DNA of 64,000 nt from Eledone cirrhosa (Eukaryota), in NCBI GenBank assembly GCA_964016885.1, contig OZ024741.1, forward strand, positions 63,054,001 through 63,118,000, in the 5' to 3' direction. The number at the start of each line of letters is the position of its first letter. The stretch's first letter is position 1. Under the pieces are notes generated by a model. That model had not been told where the DNA came from and ran no database searches. It saw only the letters and a program-made list of their open reading frames with translations. Positions 1 to 12,589 of this stretch are shown here, one piece after another. Position numbers and translations under genes: made by a program.

Positions 1-195
1 TAAGATACGAGTACATTTCGAAAAATAAATCACCAATTAGAAGTAAAACAGGTATAGTCAATCTCTTAGTTTTTTTCTCTCTATGTGCAGAGTGAACAAC
101 GGATTCTACTTCACGGCTGTTGAAATTGTCACAGCAAGGCTTATAAACTGTAATTATTACTGCATTCAATTTAGATTTCCTTAAAAGCTTACTGT

Positions 196-305
196 TTTCA
201 TCTACCAAATTTCATTCACAAAGCTTGAGTCTAACCAGGACTATGGTAAAGGACAGCTAACAAAGATGCGACTGTGGCTTCAAATAACCAGTAAGCCCTG
301 CTTAC
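196..305 (-). mobile_element. Degenerate tRNA-derived SINE remnant (octopus OR-type)
   Basis: 'tctaccaaatttcattcacaaagctt...ggactatggtaaaggaca' resembles the reverse complement of octopus OR SINE sequence as recalled; heavily diverged. Confidence 0.35.
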
Positions 306-363
306 GACTAAACCAGATACAATGTATATATATATATACACGCATGTACACAAACGCCCACAC

Positions 364-415
<52 letters not shown>

Positions 416-416
<1 letters not shown>

Positions 417-843
417 ATATTATTCAAAATATTAATAAATGAAACATATTCTCATAATCAGTATATATATTTTATTATACATATTTCAAAGGTACAATGG
501 TGTTTAAGTACGTTTTCATCAGACAAAATATAAGATTTGATATGCGACATACTGCTACGGTTTTGGTTATTCAATTCCAGTATTGGCAATACTGGAATTG
601 AATAATCAAAACCGTAGCGGTATGTTGCATATCAAATCCCATATTTTGTCTGATGAGAACGTACTTAAACACCATTTGTAGTACCTTTGAAATATGTATA
701 ATAAAATATATATACTGATTATGAGAATATTTTGCATTTATTAATATTTTGAATAATATTAAATACTCCAGGAAAATCCTTGTCGAGTGCTTCTAATCTA
801 TTGTATTCGTTGAATAATCAATGAACTATATTAATCTTTGGTT
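416..843 (+). mobile_element. PLE 3' terminus, family A: fold-back plus tail
   Basis: Near-perfect inverted repeat (arms ~416-585 and 587-760), one-sided tail 761-843, flanked by (TA)n, hammerhead in each arm. Confidence 0.7.
643..707 (+). ncRNA. Type I hammerhead ribozyme (minimal, PLE-type)
   Basis: ATTTTGT-CTGATGA-stem II (GTACT/AGTAC)-GAAA-TATGTA-TA-ATAAAAT; stem I ATTTTGT/ATAAAAT. Confidence 0.7.
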
Positions 844-887
844 ATATATATATATATATATATATATAAACACGCCAATATATGTAT

Positions 888-2131
888 AGTCTTTTAGTCT
901 GGAATGTTTCGGTATCTATATATATTAAACACCCTATATACATTTGTGCGCTTTGGGCTATACAGAAATGATACCTTTGCAATAGCTCGCAATGAAAGCT
1001 GACATGCATTAGATAGATTAAGAAAAGCGACCATACAAACCTTCAAAACTTTCGGCTTAAGATTAACTATAGAATCTTACGTTGCCACTGTCAACTTCGT
1101 TTATGTAACATTAGACCTACAAAATAACCAATACAAGCCCTATAGAAAACCAAACGATAGACCTTCCTACAAAAATGCCACCCACAAATAGTGTTTTAAG
1201 AATCTCGTGAAAAATATTAGCAGAAGAATCTCAAGAGAAATTTGACAAAGCGGCCCTCATCTATAATGCCCTAGAAGTAAATGAATTCAAGAATAGAATT
1301 AACTATAACACTATTCCAGCAAATGCGGAGACAACTAGATCCCAATGAATGATTCGGTTCACGCCTTCCTTCTCACTGAACGCCAAGACTAACATCGGCA
1401 GAATATTCCTTGCTCTAGTCGATAAACACTTTCCTCCTAGCCACCGTTACAGGAAAGTTAAATTTAGTTTAATATTCAATCTATTCTTACCAGTACCCAA
1501 CCCTGCCGGACGCTCATGTAGGGTCAGAAATGGGGCGTATAAGACAGAAGCCATAGTCTACGAGGTATTAATGAAATCACCAAACCCAAAGAGCACCATC
1601 AATCTCAAGTGGCACACCTCAAGTGGCACATCTCAAGTGGCACATCTCAAGTGGCACATCGGTCTTACGGAACAAAAGTTTAAAGAACGCTACAACAATT
1701 ATAGGTCGTCGTTCCGCCACAGGAGAAAAGGTTCTCCAACCATATATGGAAACTGAAAGAGGCTCTACTGATTATAACATCAGTTGGTCGATAGAAGAGA
1801 AGTGTAGAGAAGTGTAAAACAAACGCCAATGGTTCGAAGGGGTGCGGACTCTGCAAAACCGAGAGATGGCTTATATGGATAGATTCACTATATACAAACT
1901 CATGCCTCATTCGAAGACGAAATTTGTAAGCCACGCCCATATGACACTAGCTATATTCTCCACTTTTGTTCACCAAATATACAGGCACCGACCAGCCACC
2001 GAAGATAACATGATCCAGGGTAACTGGACGACCATCAAAACTCTTTCGGAGACTGGATGAAGAAACATTCAAGACTAAAAAGACTATCAGAGTATTTCGT
2101 TTCGTCTGTACTGATTAACAAGTCATATTCG
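888..2131 (+). mobile_element. Penelope-like element, 5'-truncated and disrupted (RT C-terminus plus GIY-YIG endonuclease)
   Basis: Motifs YR(N)DT, YKPYRKPN, FTPSFS..AKTNIGR.FL.LVDKHFP, IVY...HIG.TE.KFKERYNN, C.LC; short inverted copy of the 3' end at 888-910 versus ~2060-2085. Confidence 0.85.
1602..1657 (+). repeat. 4 x 14 bp tandem repeat (ATCTCAAGTGGCAC)
   Basis: Directly visible. Confidence 0.95.
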
Positions 2132-2310
2132 CGTGTGTGTGTGTGTGGATGGGATGTGTCGTGTGGATGTGCCGTGTGCATGTGTGTGCGTACACATATA
2201 TGCACACGGCATGTATGTCGGGGTGAAGGATTGCAGGTGTGTTTGTGGATGTGAAAATGTGTGTACGTGTGTGTGTTTATCGATCCATTCTGCTTATATA
2301 TATATATATA

Positions 2311-4252
2311 TAGGAATGAGTAGGACCCCGACGGTTGAGCTCAAGCCGTTTCGACGGCTAATTCTGGACTAAATGAACATTTTTATCCTGGTAAATGAAT
2401 AGCCGAGCTTCCCAGGGGGTAATATTCCATATATGGTAAGAGTGATTGTGACAAGGATTGGTCAAAAGTTTGTTGTTGAGACACATAATTCTATCATGGC
2501 ATTTTGTGGAAGGAAGGGGTAGCTGAACTTGCCAGTAGAAGAAAGAGGGAGAGAGAGTGGACGAAACCCAGTCGTGCGTTGAAAGTGACGACTACAGCAG
2601 AATCCTAAGGATAAGAGGTCAAGAGGGGGGGGTCGAAACAATAAGTAGATCTATATGGAGTAAATCTATATAGAAAAATAAGAATGTTAAAAATATAAAA
2701 AAACACAATTTCTGGTTACTATTCCCCTACCACAATCATCAAATCTCTCACTAGACTATAGAAAAGTTTAATAGGTGGGGCGGGATACTAAATACGAGAT
2801 TGTAGTGAAAGAATTTTATGAGTTAGTGGTACTCGGCCTAATCTATCTTACAATGACAGGTCAACAAGTAGGGGGCCAAAATTCTAAAAAAACCTAATAT
2901 GAAATAATAATTCAGAGACCCGAAACTAATAAGAAATATTAATTCAGATCCCGAAAATGAAAACTAATACGATATATAAGAGTGCCGCTACAATACATAA
3001 ATTCTAATGCAAACTACATAAATGCTCGTACGATATATAAGAAAAAATTAATACGAAAAATTAATTCAGAATCCCACCCCACCCCCCCAAAAAAATCAAT
3101 CAATAAATAAATACTGATATACGAGAAACTAAAGCAGAGGTACCACTAAGAAATCTAGAAATCACGGAAATGGGGCAGCAATCAGATAAGAAAGCAAGTA
3201 CCTGGGGCCTAGCACATCTGCTATAGAAAGCGGAGTCGGCCAATTCTATCATAGAATGGGGGTGGGGTGGGGGTACTGAGGCTACGGAGGACCGAAGGGC
3301 TGCCTCGAGGTGGGCGAGAAGGTGAAAAGAACGACGACAAAGAAGGATACCTGGGGTGGAAGGACTAGCAAGGGATGGGGGAAGGAGGAAATATAGAGGA
3401 AACGATAAAAAATATAAAAATTATATATTAATTTTTTCTTATATATCGTACGAGCATTTATTTAGATTGCATTAGAATTTATGTATCGTAGCGGCACTCT
3501 TATATATCGTATTAGTTTTCATTTTCGGGATCTGAATTAATATTTCGCATTAGTTTCGGGTCTCTGAATTATTATTTCATATTAGGTTTTTTTAGTATTT
3601 TGGCCCCCTACTTGTTGACCTGTCATTGTAAGATAGATAAGGCCAAGTACTACTAACTCATAAAATTCTTTCACTATAATCTCGTATTTAGTATCCCGCC
3701 CCACCTATTAAACTTTTCCATAGTCTAGTGAGAGAATTGATTATTGTGGTAGGGGAATAGTAACCAGAAATTGTTTTTTTATATTTTTAACATTCTTATT
3801 TTTCTATATAGATTTACTCCATATAGATCTACTTATTGTTTCGACCCCCCCCCCTCACCCCTCGTGACCTCTTATCCTTAGGATTCTGTTGTAGTCGTCA
3901 CTTTCAACGCACGACTGGGTTTCGTCCACTCCCTCTCCCTCTTTCTTCTACTGGCAAGTTCAGCTACCCCTTCCTTCCACAAAATGCCATGATAGAATTA
4001 TGTGTCTCAACAACAAACTTTTGACCAATCCTTGTCACAATCACTTTTACCATATATGGAATATTACCCCCTGAGAAGCTCGGCTATTCATTTACCAAGA
4101 TAAAAATTTTCATTTAGTCCAGAATTAGCCGTCGAAACGGCTTGAGCTCAGTCGTCGGGGTCCTACTCGTTCCTATTACTCACTCTACTACCCTAAGTAT
4201 TGAGTACTTTGGTGCGTTATGGTCCATCTGGTTCTGTACCACATTTCCTTCG

Positions 4253-4253
<1 letters not shown>
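2311..4253 (+). mobile_element. PLE-type fold-back element, family B (arms ~740 bp)
   Basis: 2311-~3052 is the reverse complement of ~3427-4175; tail 4176-4253; (TA)n on both sides; same terminus at 26465, 33665, 38049 and 47861. Confidence 0.75.
4066..4161 (+). ncRNA. Type I hammerhead-like RNA with non-canonical core and long stem II insert
   Basis: ACCCC-CTGAGAA-G..CGGCTA/TAGCCG.C-GAAA-CGGCT/AGTCG-TC-GGGGT; all three stems pair; position 8 is A rather than G. Confidence 0.6.
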
Positions 4254-4287
<34 letters not shown>

Positions 4288-4491
4288 CTTAGGTTATTTA
4301 ATACATAATTAAACTTATATAACTTCAGATATATATATATATAATCTTAGGTTGTTTATTACATAATTAAACTTATATAAGTTCATATATATATATATGA
4401 AGGGTAAAGGAAAGGAGAGTGCTCTATGTATGCTACAGAGTTGTTTAATTATGTGTGTGTGTGTGTGTGTGTATCGATAGTCGATCGACAA

Positions 4492-5552
4492 GATCTCCAG
4501 ACCAGTTGGGTGAAGCTTGTCAATTCGGGGGGGGGGTAGGGAGCTGTGGACGAGGAGGGTGCGGAGATTGCGTGCGCGTTTGAAGGAGGGAGTGGTGGGG
4601 CTGGGAAGATGTGGGAGTTGGAGGGATCGGACTGGAGGCGTCGGAAGAGGCGGAGGATGGTGCGGTGGAGGGGTGGTAGGTGATGGGGAAGGGGAGACAG
4701 TGGGTGGGTGTTCGGTGGCGTGGGGTGAGGGTGGTGGAGCGGTGGATAGCACGTGCGCGGGTGAGAGCGGTTTGGACGAGAGAGGGGAGGGTAACCTCTG
4801 CGGATGAAATGGCTGACTATGGAAAGGCCCTGGGACTCAAAGTCGGCATCCTGGCTACAGAGGCGCGGATCCTGAGGAGTTGGGAGTAGGGAATAGAGTG
4901 TTTAGTGTGTGGGGGTGGGAAGAGGTGAAGTCGAGGTAAGAGTGGGAGTCGGTGGGTTTGAAGAAGGCGGAGGTGATGAGGGAGTGGTGGGAGGGGTCAA
5001 AGGCGACAGAGATGTCTAAGAAGTGGACGAGGGTGGTGGAGATAGAGGTGGTGAAGTTGTGGGAGGGGTAGGAGAGAAAGGAGTCGAGCTGTTCTCGGGT
5101 GAGGGTCATGGCTCCGATCCATCGTCGATGTAACGACCGTACAGTTCGGGCGTGGGGCCGGTGTACTGGGCAAAGATTTGGGCCTCAACATGGCCAACAA
5201 AAAGGTTGGCACAGTTTGGGCCCATTCTTGTACCCATGGCTACCCATGTGACCTGTTGGTAAAAGTCACCCGAGAGGAGAAACAGTTGAGGGTGAGGACC
5301 AGCTCGGCGAGGCGAAGGAGGGAGGGGGTGGAGGGAATGAAGGAGGGGCGAAGGTCGAGGTAATGTTTGAGGGCGCGTAGGCCGTCGGCGTGGGGATGAC
5401 GGTATAGAGGGACTTGATGTCTAGGGTGAAGAGGAAGGGCTGTGGGCAGGGTGGGTAGGTGAAGGAGTCGAAAAGGCGCAGGGCGTGGTTGGTGTCGAAG
5501 ATGTGGGAAGGGAGGGTGGTGACAAGGGGGGCGAGGGGGGAGTCGAGAAAGG
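4492..5552 (-). mobile_element. Penelope-like (Neptune-type) RT fragment, disrupted
   Basis: LLRLAELVLTLNCF, FLDI...FKPTDSHSYLDFTSSHP, FKRARNLRTLLVHS. Confidence 0.8.
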
Positions 5553-5623
5553 CATATATATATATACATATGTGTGTGTGTGTGTGAGTGTGTATGAATA
5601 TATAAATATGTATATCTATATTA

Positions 5624-5697
5624 TCTATATATAATATAAAAGACAGATATTTATTGGTTGGTTGGCTGGCTGGTTGGCTGGTTGAAAAACACGAAAA

Positions 5698-5756
<59 letters not shown>

Positions 5757-6400
5757 TACATAAACACATCTAAAGAGAGAGAGACACACACACACACACA
5801 GAGACACACACACAGAGGGAGAGGCAGAAAGAGACAGATAGGCCGTTATACAGCGAGAGATGCAATTAAAGTGGTAAATACTCAGAGAGAGAGGGAGTGA
5901 GTGACGTCTCACAATGTCTAGAATCGGCTTAAACTATAGATCCTTTGATCTGTAGGAAGGTTTAACAATATGGCGTTAGCTTTTATAAAGTCGTTTTATA
6001 GTCTTTGATTTTACAGAACAAAGAAAAATTGATGTTATAACCTTCTAGCTTTAATCCATATACTACTTACAGACCGTACTAACGAAGCTAAACACTTCAG
6101 AAGCAATGTTATGCGGTATAATGCTGCGTCTCCGATGACGTCCTTTGGAGCTGAAAAAGATAATACTGACTATGGTTATTTCACCACATTTAAAATGCAA
6201 GGTCAATGCTACCATTTAATCGGCAGTTTACTCCCCCAGCCTAATAAGAAGGTTTTATGATTGTTTTTGTTTATGTCTCTCTCTCACTCACACAAATTAC
6301 GGTCTCACCTCATACTAGACAACACATCCAATACAATCGTTTTCTCTTTTATTCGTCTTCTCTTAACTATTCTCCCGTGCGAAGTCGGGTACCTCAGCTA

Positions 6401-6401
<1 letters not shown>
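5624..6401 (+). mobile_element. Non-autonomous Helitron (deletion derivative)
   Basis: A|TC 5' end; 3' hairpin CCCG-tgcgaagt-CGGG then CTAG|T; internal ~6075-6250 reads HFRSNVMRYNAA..MTSFG...TFKMQGQCYHLIGSLLP, a RepHel N-terminal motif. Confidence 0.85.
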
Positions 6402-6476
<75 letters not shown>

Positions 6477-6599
6477 AATTAATATCTAGTAGCATATATA
6501 TACATACAGATGCATATCAATGCTAGCAAATATATAGGTTTTGTCTTAGTAACATTGTGGTTCAATGCATGGGGTTGCAGAACAATAATATGAGAGACG

Positions 6600-6654
<55 letters not shown>

Positions 6655-6708
6655 CATCTGAAATAAAATAGTCAACAATTAGAAGAAAGATATAATGACA
6701 ACCAATAC

Positions 6709-6841
6709 CTGATACATTGGCACTGTTTGAACTTCAGAGACTGATGTGTAAACGGAGTTGGTCCTCATAAAACGCCGATTTCCGGTATTCGCAAGCCGGA
6801 AGTTGTACCACTTTTTCTTAACGGCCGACTGAACCTGGTTG

Positions 6842-6877
<36 letters not shown>

Positions 6878-7022
6878 ATAGTTGTTGTTGTTATTGTTGT
6901 TGTAGTAGTAGTAGTAGTTTTGTTGTTGTAGTAGTAGTAGAAGTAGTAGTAGTAGTAGTAGTAGAGTGGTGGTGGTAATAGCAGTAGTGGTGGTGGTAAT
7001 AGTAGTAGTAATAGATGTAGTA

Positions 7023-7081
<59 letters not shown>

Positions 7082-7298
7082 TTTGTTGTTGTTGTAGCAG
7101 CAGCAGCAGAGATAGTAGTAGTAGTAGTAGTTTTGTTGTTGTTGTTGTTGTAGCAGCAGCAGAGTTAGTAGTAGTAGTAGTAGTAGTAGTAGTAATAGTA
7201 GTAGTAGTAGTAGTAGTAGCAGTAGTAGTAATGCTAGTAGTCGTGTTGGTATAGGTGGTAGCGGTATTAAACATTGAAGGAGAGGAAGAAGCTGGAGA
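6709..7298 (-). other. Candidate Ser/Thr-rich (mucin-like) exon, frameshifted within the repeat
   Basis: ttcttag| acceptor, SPASSSPSMFNTATT..., poly-Thr, unique tail NQVQSAVKKKWYNFRL...VPMYQ, CAG|gtattg donor; net -1 frameshift. Confidence 0.3.
6843..7240. repeat. Compound (TAG)n/(TTG)n/(TGG)n trinucleotide array
   Basis: Directly visible. Confidence 0.95.
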
Positions 7299-7889
7299 CT
7301 AAGAATGCATGTTCAGTAGTTAGTTTGCAATACATTTGCAAATTTTCAAGTAGTCTTTTATTATATATATCATAATGTTGTGTATGTATAAATTACAGAG
7401 TTAATAAACAAATACCACATCGTCTATTTTATTTGCAAGACAAAGATCTATGTAACAAGTTGCATTATATTTCAATACGTTTGAAGGTGATATACACAAA
7501 GCTGTATAAATATATATATGATGAAGTTGAAATTAGTGAAATTTTAGTGATAGCAAGATGGATTTGTAATGGTGGGGCTTGTGGCTGCGTCAAGGAAAAT
7601 ATAAAAATATGAACATATAGTATAATATATTATATATATAATAAGATAGACCACGATTTTGAGGAAAGAACGTCCCGACGGTTGAAAATATTAACATCAT
7701 TAATGCAAATATTTCCTTAAATATACGTACAAGTTTGTACATAATTATCTTCATGGGTACATATAGGCAAAGTATTTTGCGAGTATATGCGTTTTAACAG
7801 AAGAAATCACACATTCATACAGACATATATATTTGTTGTATGTACATAGTGAAGCTTGTTGTTGTCGGCTGAGCTGCGTTCGGAGAAAA

Positions 7890-8340
7890 AAACCACACTG
7901 TTCATCGTCTAGCATGGACTCCACAATATCCCTTCATCTCTTTGCTCGACTTTACCGGGGAGGATTAACAAGTGAGGTCCCTCTAAAATTGCAGCACTCA
8001 CTTTAATTTCCCTTTTTTAAAATTAGGGATTATCACTCCCGATTGCAATAGCTTAGGTTCTTTTCCAGAGATCCAGGTCATTCAGCAAACACCAAGAGTC
8101 ACCAAGAGAATCCCTTCTCATATAAGGATTTTAATATCTGGGTCCGAAATTTATCCTCCCAAACGACCTTGTCACATTTGAGCTCTGTAATTGCTCTCGT
8201 AACCTCAGCCTCCGAGAGGTTAATTATCGCTGTTTGAAGCACCTCGTGTACATGAGAAGATGCACTTGTGACCATGTTTAGGAGACCAGCAAAGTATTCT
8301 CTCCACCTCACGATGATGCATCTCTCTAAAGGGAGAAGCC
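7890..8340 (-). mobile_element. RTE-like LINE RT fragment
   Basis: RWREYFAGLLN, SEAEVTRAITELK, IIPNFKKG...NFRG; stops and frameshifts. Confidence 0.65.
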
Positions 8341-8429
8341 CAGAAGCGTTTATGTATTTGAAGCGTTAAACAGATATATATCCTCATTGAATTGTATTTT
8401 TTCTCTGTCATATTTCCTCGTTGACTTTT

Positions 8430-8790
8430 CACATATATATATGCATATGTATATATATGTATCTATGTACCTCCTGTATGTATATTTAGATGCATGTGTA
8501 TATGTTTATGTATATATGTATGCATATATATTTATGCATATGTTTATGTCTATGTTCTTACTTATGCATGCATGTATGTATGTATTTATATATATATGCA
8601 TGTATGTTTGTATGTATTTATGTATTTATTTATGCATATATTTATGTATGCACGTATTTATGTGTGCATATATGTATGCACGTATGTATGTTTGTACGTA
8701 TGTATGTGTATATGTATGTATATATGTATGCATACATGTATGTATGTATATATGTATGTATATATGTTTATATGTTTGTATGTATGTAAT
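8430..8790. repeat. Degenerate (TATG)n low-complexity tract
   Basis: Directly visible. Confidence 0.9.
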
Positions 8791-9170
8791 CGATTAAGAA
8801 CTTAAATACGCCAAGTACAACAGAGACGTGCATACATATAAACATTTGGTGTCTGTGACAATTTATTTGAGTCTACTTCCTGTTTCTAGATATGTGTTTT
8901 TTTAATTCTATTTATTTCGATCTTTCTTATACTCTGGTTCCACTTAAACCCACTTATCTCTCGCAATTTCGCCAAGTCTCTCTTATTTACACACACACAC
9001 TCACACACATAAACACACATATATACAGACACACATAGACACCACACACGCATATATATATATATGTGTGTGTGAGTGTATGTGTGAGGTGTTTGTATGG
9101 GTGCATGTTTGTTCGCGTGTGTGTATAAATAAGAGAAAGTGTTAGCGTAAGTACCATATGCATATATGTA

Positions 9171-9217
<47 letters not shown>

Positions 9218-9256
9218 ATATTAAATAAATGGAAACTATATTTATAAAACCATATT

Positions 9257-9318
9257 TATTCTATTATATATATTTCAAGTGTACCAAAAATGTTGGTACG
9301 CTATCATCAGATAAAATA
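9257..9318 (-). ncRNA. Type I hammerhead ribozyme
   Basis: TATTTTAT-CTGATGA-GTACCAA/TTGGTAC-GAAA-TATATA-TA-ATAGAATA; partner at 10771-10832 (+) has GAAA changed to CAAA. Confidence 0.7.
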
Positions 9319-9597
9319 CGAAGTGTGTTTTATAAATTTTGACATAACCAAGGATAATATAACTTAACGGTTCAAGTTATCCCTGGATAGTGCAGAGTGC
9401 AGGGAAGAGAAAAGTCAGATATTTCAAATTATTAAGATGAGTATGCAAATGAGGTTTATGTAAAAGGCGGAAAAAAAAGTTTTTTAGACGCTATGGAAAA
9501 TTTAAATAATTATATGTTATTGTATGCGTAAGAAAGAAGAGAAACGAGGAAAGGCTAGCATTTACGTTAATTTGCAGGAAAAGATTTATTTACCTAT

Positions 9598-9778
9598 GGC
9601 AGCATCAGTAGAGGGTCGGACGCCATGCTTATACGCATCGAGTTACGGCCCTTGCCATTCTGAATTCAAATCCCGCCGAGGTTAACTTTACCTTTCATCC
9701 TTACGGGATCGATAAAATAAAGTACCAGTAATGTACTGGGTAATTGCTGGCCTTGTGCCAAAAGTAGAAACAATTATG
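9598..9778 (+). mobile_element. OK-type tRNA-derived SINE
   Basis: TTCAAATCCCGCCGAGGTTAACTTT.CCTTTCATCCTT.CGGG.TCGATAAAATAAAGTACCAG...GGCCTTGTGCC; several copies in the window. Confidence 0.8.
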
Positions 9779-10968
9779 AGTTATAATATTGTATATATAA
9801 TCAATTAGATTATATCAAGATTTATGGTTGTAAGTATTTTTTATCTTATTACATTAGGATAGGTTATATGTATATAAATATCTATATATATATATTAATA
9901 AAATGCGTATGTATTAGTTGTTTATATATCAAATATGAGTTACGAAGGAAGTTGAATTTGTATTTTACTTAAAAAATAGGTGGTTCAAGTTGTGAGAGTA
10001 GAACAATTTGTGGATTCAAAAATGTTGTTCAACATTGAGAATGTTTTCATAATATTGTTAAGTTAGCGAAGCTATACAGATTATCAAACGTAAAATGCTT
10101 GTTTGCACGATTGAGAAAAATGTTTATGTTTGCATGATTGAGAAAGGAAAGATAACTCCAATTTTGTTTGTTAACCATTAAATTAGAGAAAAATCATATA
10201 TTATTTTGTGTGAAATCCATTATTTTAGTCGAAAGATGTGTGAATCTTTGAATAACAAAAAGAGAGAGTAAAAATGTACTGTGTTTTTCGAAGAACTATC
10301 GTAAAGAGGATAAATTTTTGAATGTCATTTAAAGATTATCAATCTACATCTAAAAATATATTCATAGGGTGTCCTTACAAAAATAATGTCGGATTTAAAA
10401 ATAAAAGTCAGAATTAAAGAAATGTAGGAAATTAAAATATTAAATATATATATCAAAAATATTATAAATATTAGGGGTATTAAAAACTTTTTGAAATATT
10501 AAAAATATTAAAAATATTAAAAAATATTAAAATATTAAAAATATTAAAAATATTAAAAAATTTACATTTAAATTTTTAATAAAAAAAAAATAGGATCATT
10601 TTGAAGGTTTATAGGGATATTATAAATTGAAAATTTTGGCGATGTTTGCAAGAAGAAAATAATTCTGTTCTGAGATTAATAGAGTTTTGACAATTAATTA
10701 TATAAAAAATTTCTTCTATACCCAAGGTATATTATGCTTGGTTATGTCAAAATTTATAAAACACACTTCGTATTTTATCTGATGATAGCGTACCAAAATT
10801 GTTGGTACCCTTCAAATATATGTAATAGAATAAATACGGTTTTATAAATATAGTTTACATTTATTTAATATCATTGTATATTATACTCCAGAAAATCTGA
10901 TGAGTGCTCTGAATCAGTTATAAACATTCATATTTGTTGAATTACCAACAAATTGAATATCCCTTGTG

Positions 10969-11015
<47 letters not shown>

Positions 11016-11316
11016 GTACATATATGCATATCGTACTTACGCCAACTTTATTTTTGGAAACCCAGATTCCTGATGATTTCTAAAGAATGAAACAGTTCTA
11101 GTCCTCTAGAATATCATCTATATTAAAACTTTTATACCCTGCTATGTATTGAGTACCTTACTTACTGTGGTTACCTCCGATTCAACCCGGAATAACTTAC
11201 CTATATATATATATAAATAAAAAATTATGATCGTGAATCAAAACCAAAACTTATCAAGCCAATTTATTCAGGTTTCCACTATCTATATATATATATATAT
11301 ATATATAAATTGAATA

Positions 11317-11363
<47 letters not shown>

Positions 11364-11799
11364 GTGTGTGTGTGTATTTAACTTTTATAATACATATATA
11401 TATGTATTTAACTTTTGTATGTTTGAATCTATTATATAAGATTATAATCGTTATCATTTACCAAAAGTATACTGTCTCATTAATACTTAGTATATCTCTC
11501 TATACCTAATTTTTGCAAATATGTGTATACTGTATAATAACATAATCATATTATTAGTTACGTATATCTCTGCATTTGGTTGTTTGCACCTATATTTATA
11601 ATGTATAATAACTTAATCATAATTACAGTTTTTTTAATTACGCTATATATAGTTTGTGCAAATATAGATATATTGTACAATAACATATTCATTATTTAGA
11701 GTTCATTCCTCCCATGAACTAATATAGTGATTTAATATAATATAATAAATATTAATTTATTACGATAAATGCATATATATATATATATATGGCTGAAAA

Positions 11800-12577
11800 C
11801 TCTGCGTTAATCATTATACTTTAGACAATGTATCTACTTGACAATACATTTTTCGATATTTCTAACAATAATTACTTCATAAATTTTACATACCGATAAT
11901 GTTGACACTGTTATAGGTAATTTTTGTTAAAGATTACATTTAAGGGGATATTGAACAGTGTATATTTTTATTTCGTGGGCCTAGTAAATCCTTTAATTTT
12001 GTTTTCATAAAATTCAGAATTTTAGAAATGTAACACATTTTTAAAAAATTATAAAATTTATAAAATTAATAAATATAAATAACCATCAACTTTTAAAAAC
12101 TTAATATTTTGATTCTTCATCCTAAAATAACATCAATTAAATATTTTGAAACTTAACCGCTTAGTTCTTAAGGGGAAAAAAATTTATGCATAAATTACTC
12201 CCCTTTATCTCTCCCTCTATTTAATCATCTATCAGTTGCCGTCATAAACTGTAATAAAATTATAATTCCTGAGATGTCTTCCTCGATAATCATAATTTGT
12301 AGTATTCCACATACATTAAAGCAACGTCTTTCTTAATCATACCTTCTCTATTGAATTTATTACGTTTTCGCATTTTCTCATTATTAGGGTATAAATGTTG
12401 AGTTTTCTCATAGGTTAATCACTACCTTGATTAAATCTTAACCAAAAAACATCTCAGGGTATGTCATGTATCATTATATTTTGTCTCATGAGGACGTACT
12501 GTTGTACCTCTGAAATATGTATAATAAAATTTAATTGATCAAAAGAACATCTATTTTATTAATATTTGTATTTTAAT
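11800..12577 (+). mobile_element. Highly degenerate PLE 3' region, family A-related, with inactivated hammerhead at 12478-12530
   Basis: LKQRLS..H-like remnant; CTCATGA...GTAC/GTAC..GAAATATGTATAATAAAAT matches the family A terminus; left boundary is a guess. Confidence 0.45.
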
Positions 12578-12589
12578 ATATATATATAT

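Larger units (their letters stand above)
9212..10970. mobile_element. PLE, family A-related: long minus-strand copy plus short plus-strand arm with tail
   Basis: 9212-9352 is inverted relative to 10737-10878; tail 10879-10970; minus strand near 10040-9980 reads LNVEQHF*IHKL....LN, resembling a GIY-YIG C-terminus. Confidence 0.65.

Noticed and set aside
2311-4253. MITE or TIR DNA transposon interpretation of the fold-back elements
   Set aside because: Ends are asymmetric (one-sided tail), inversion points vary between copies, and the arms contain hammerhead folds typical of PLE pLTRs
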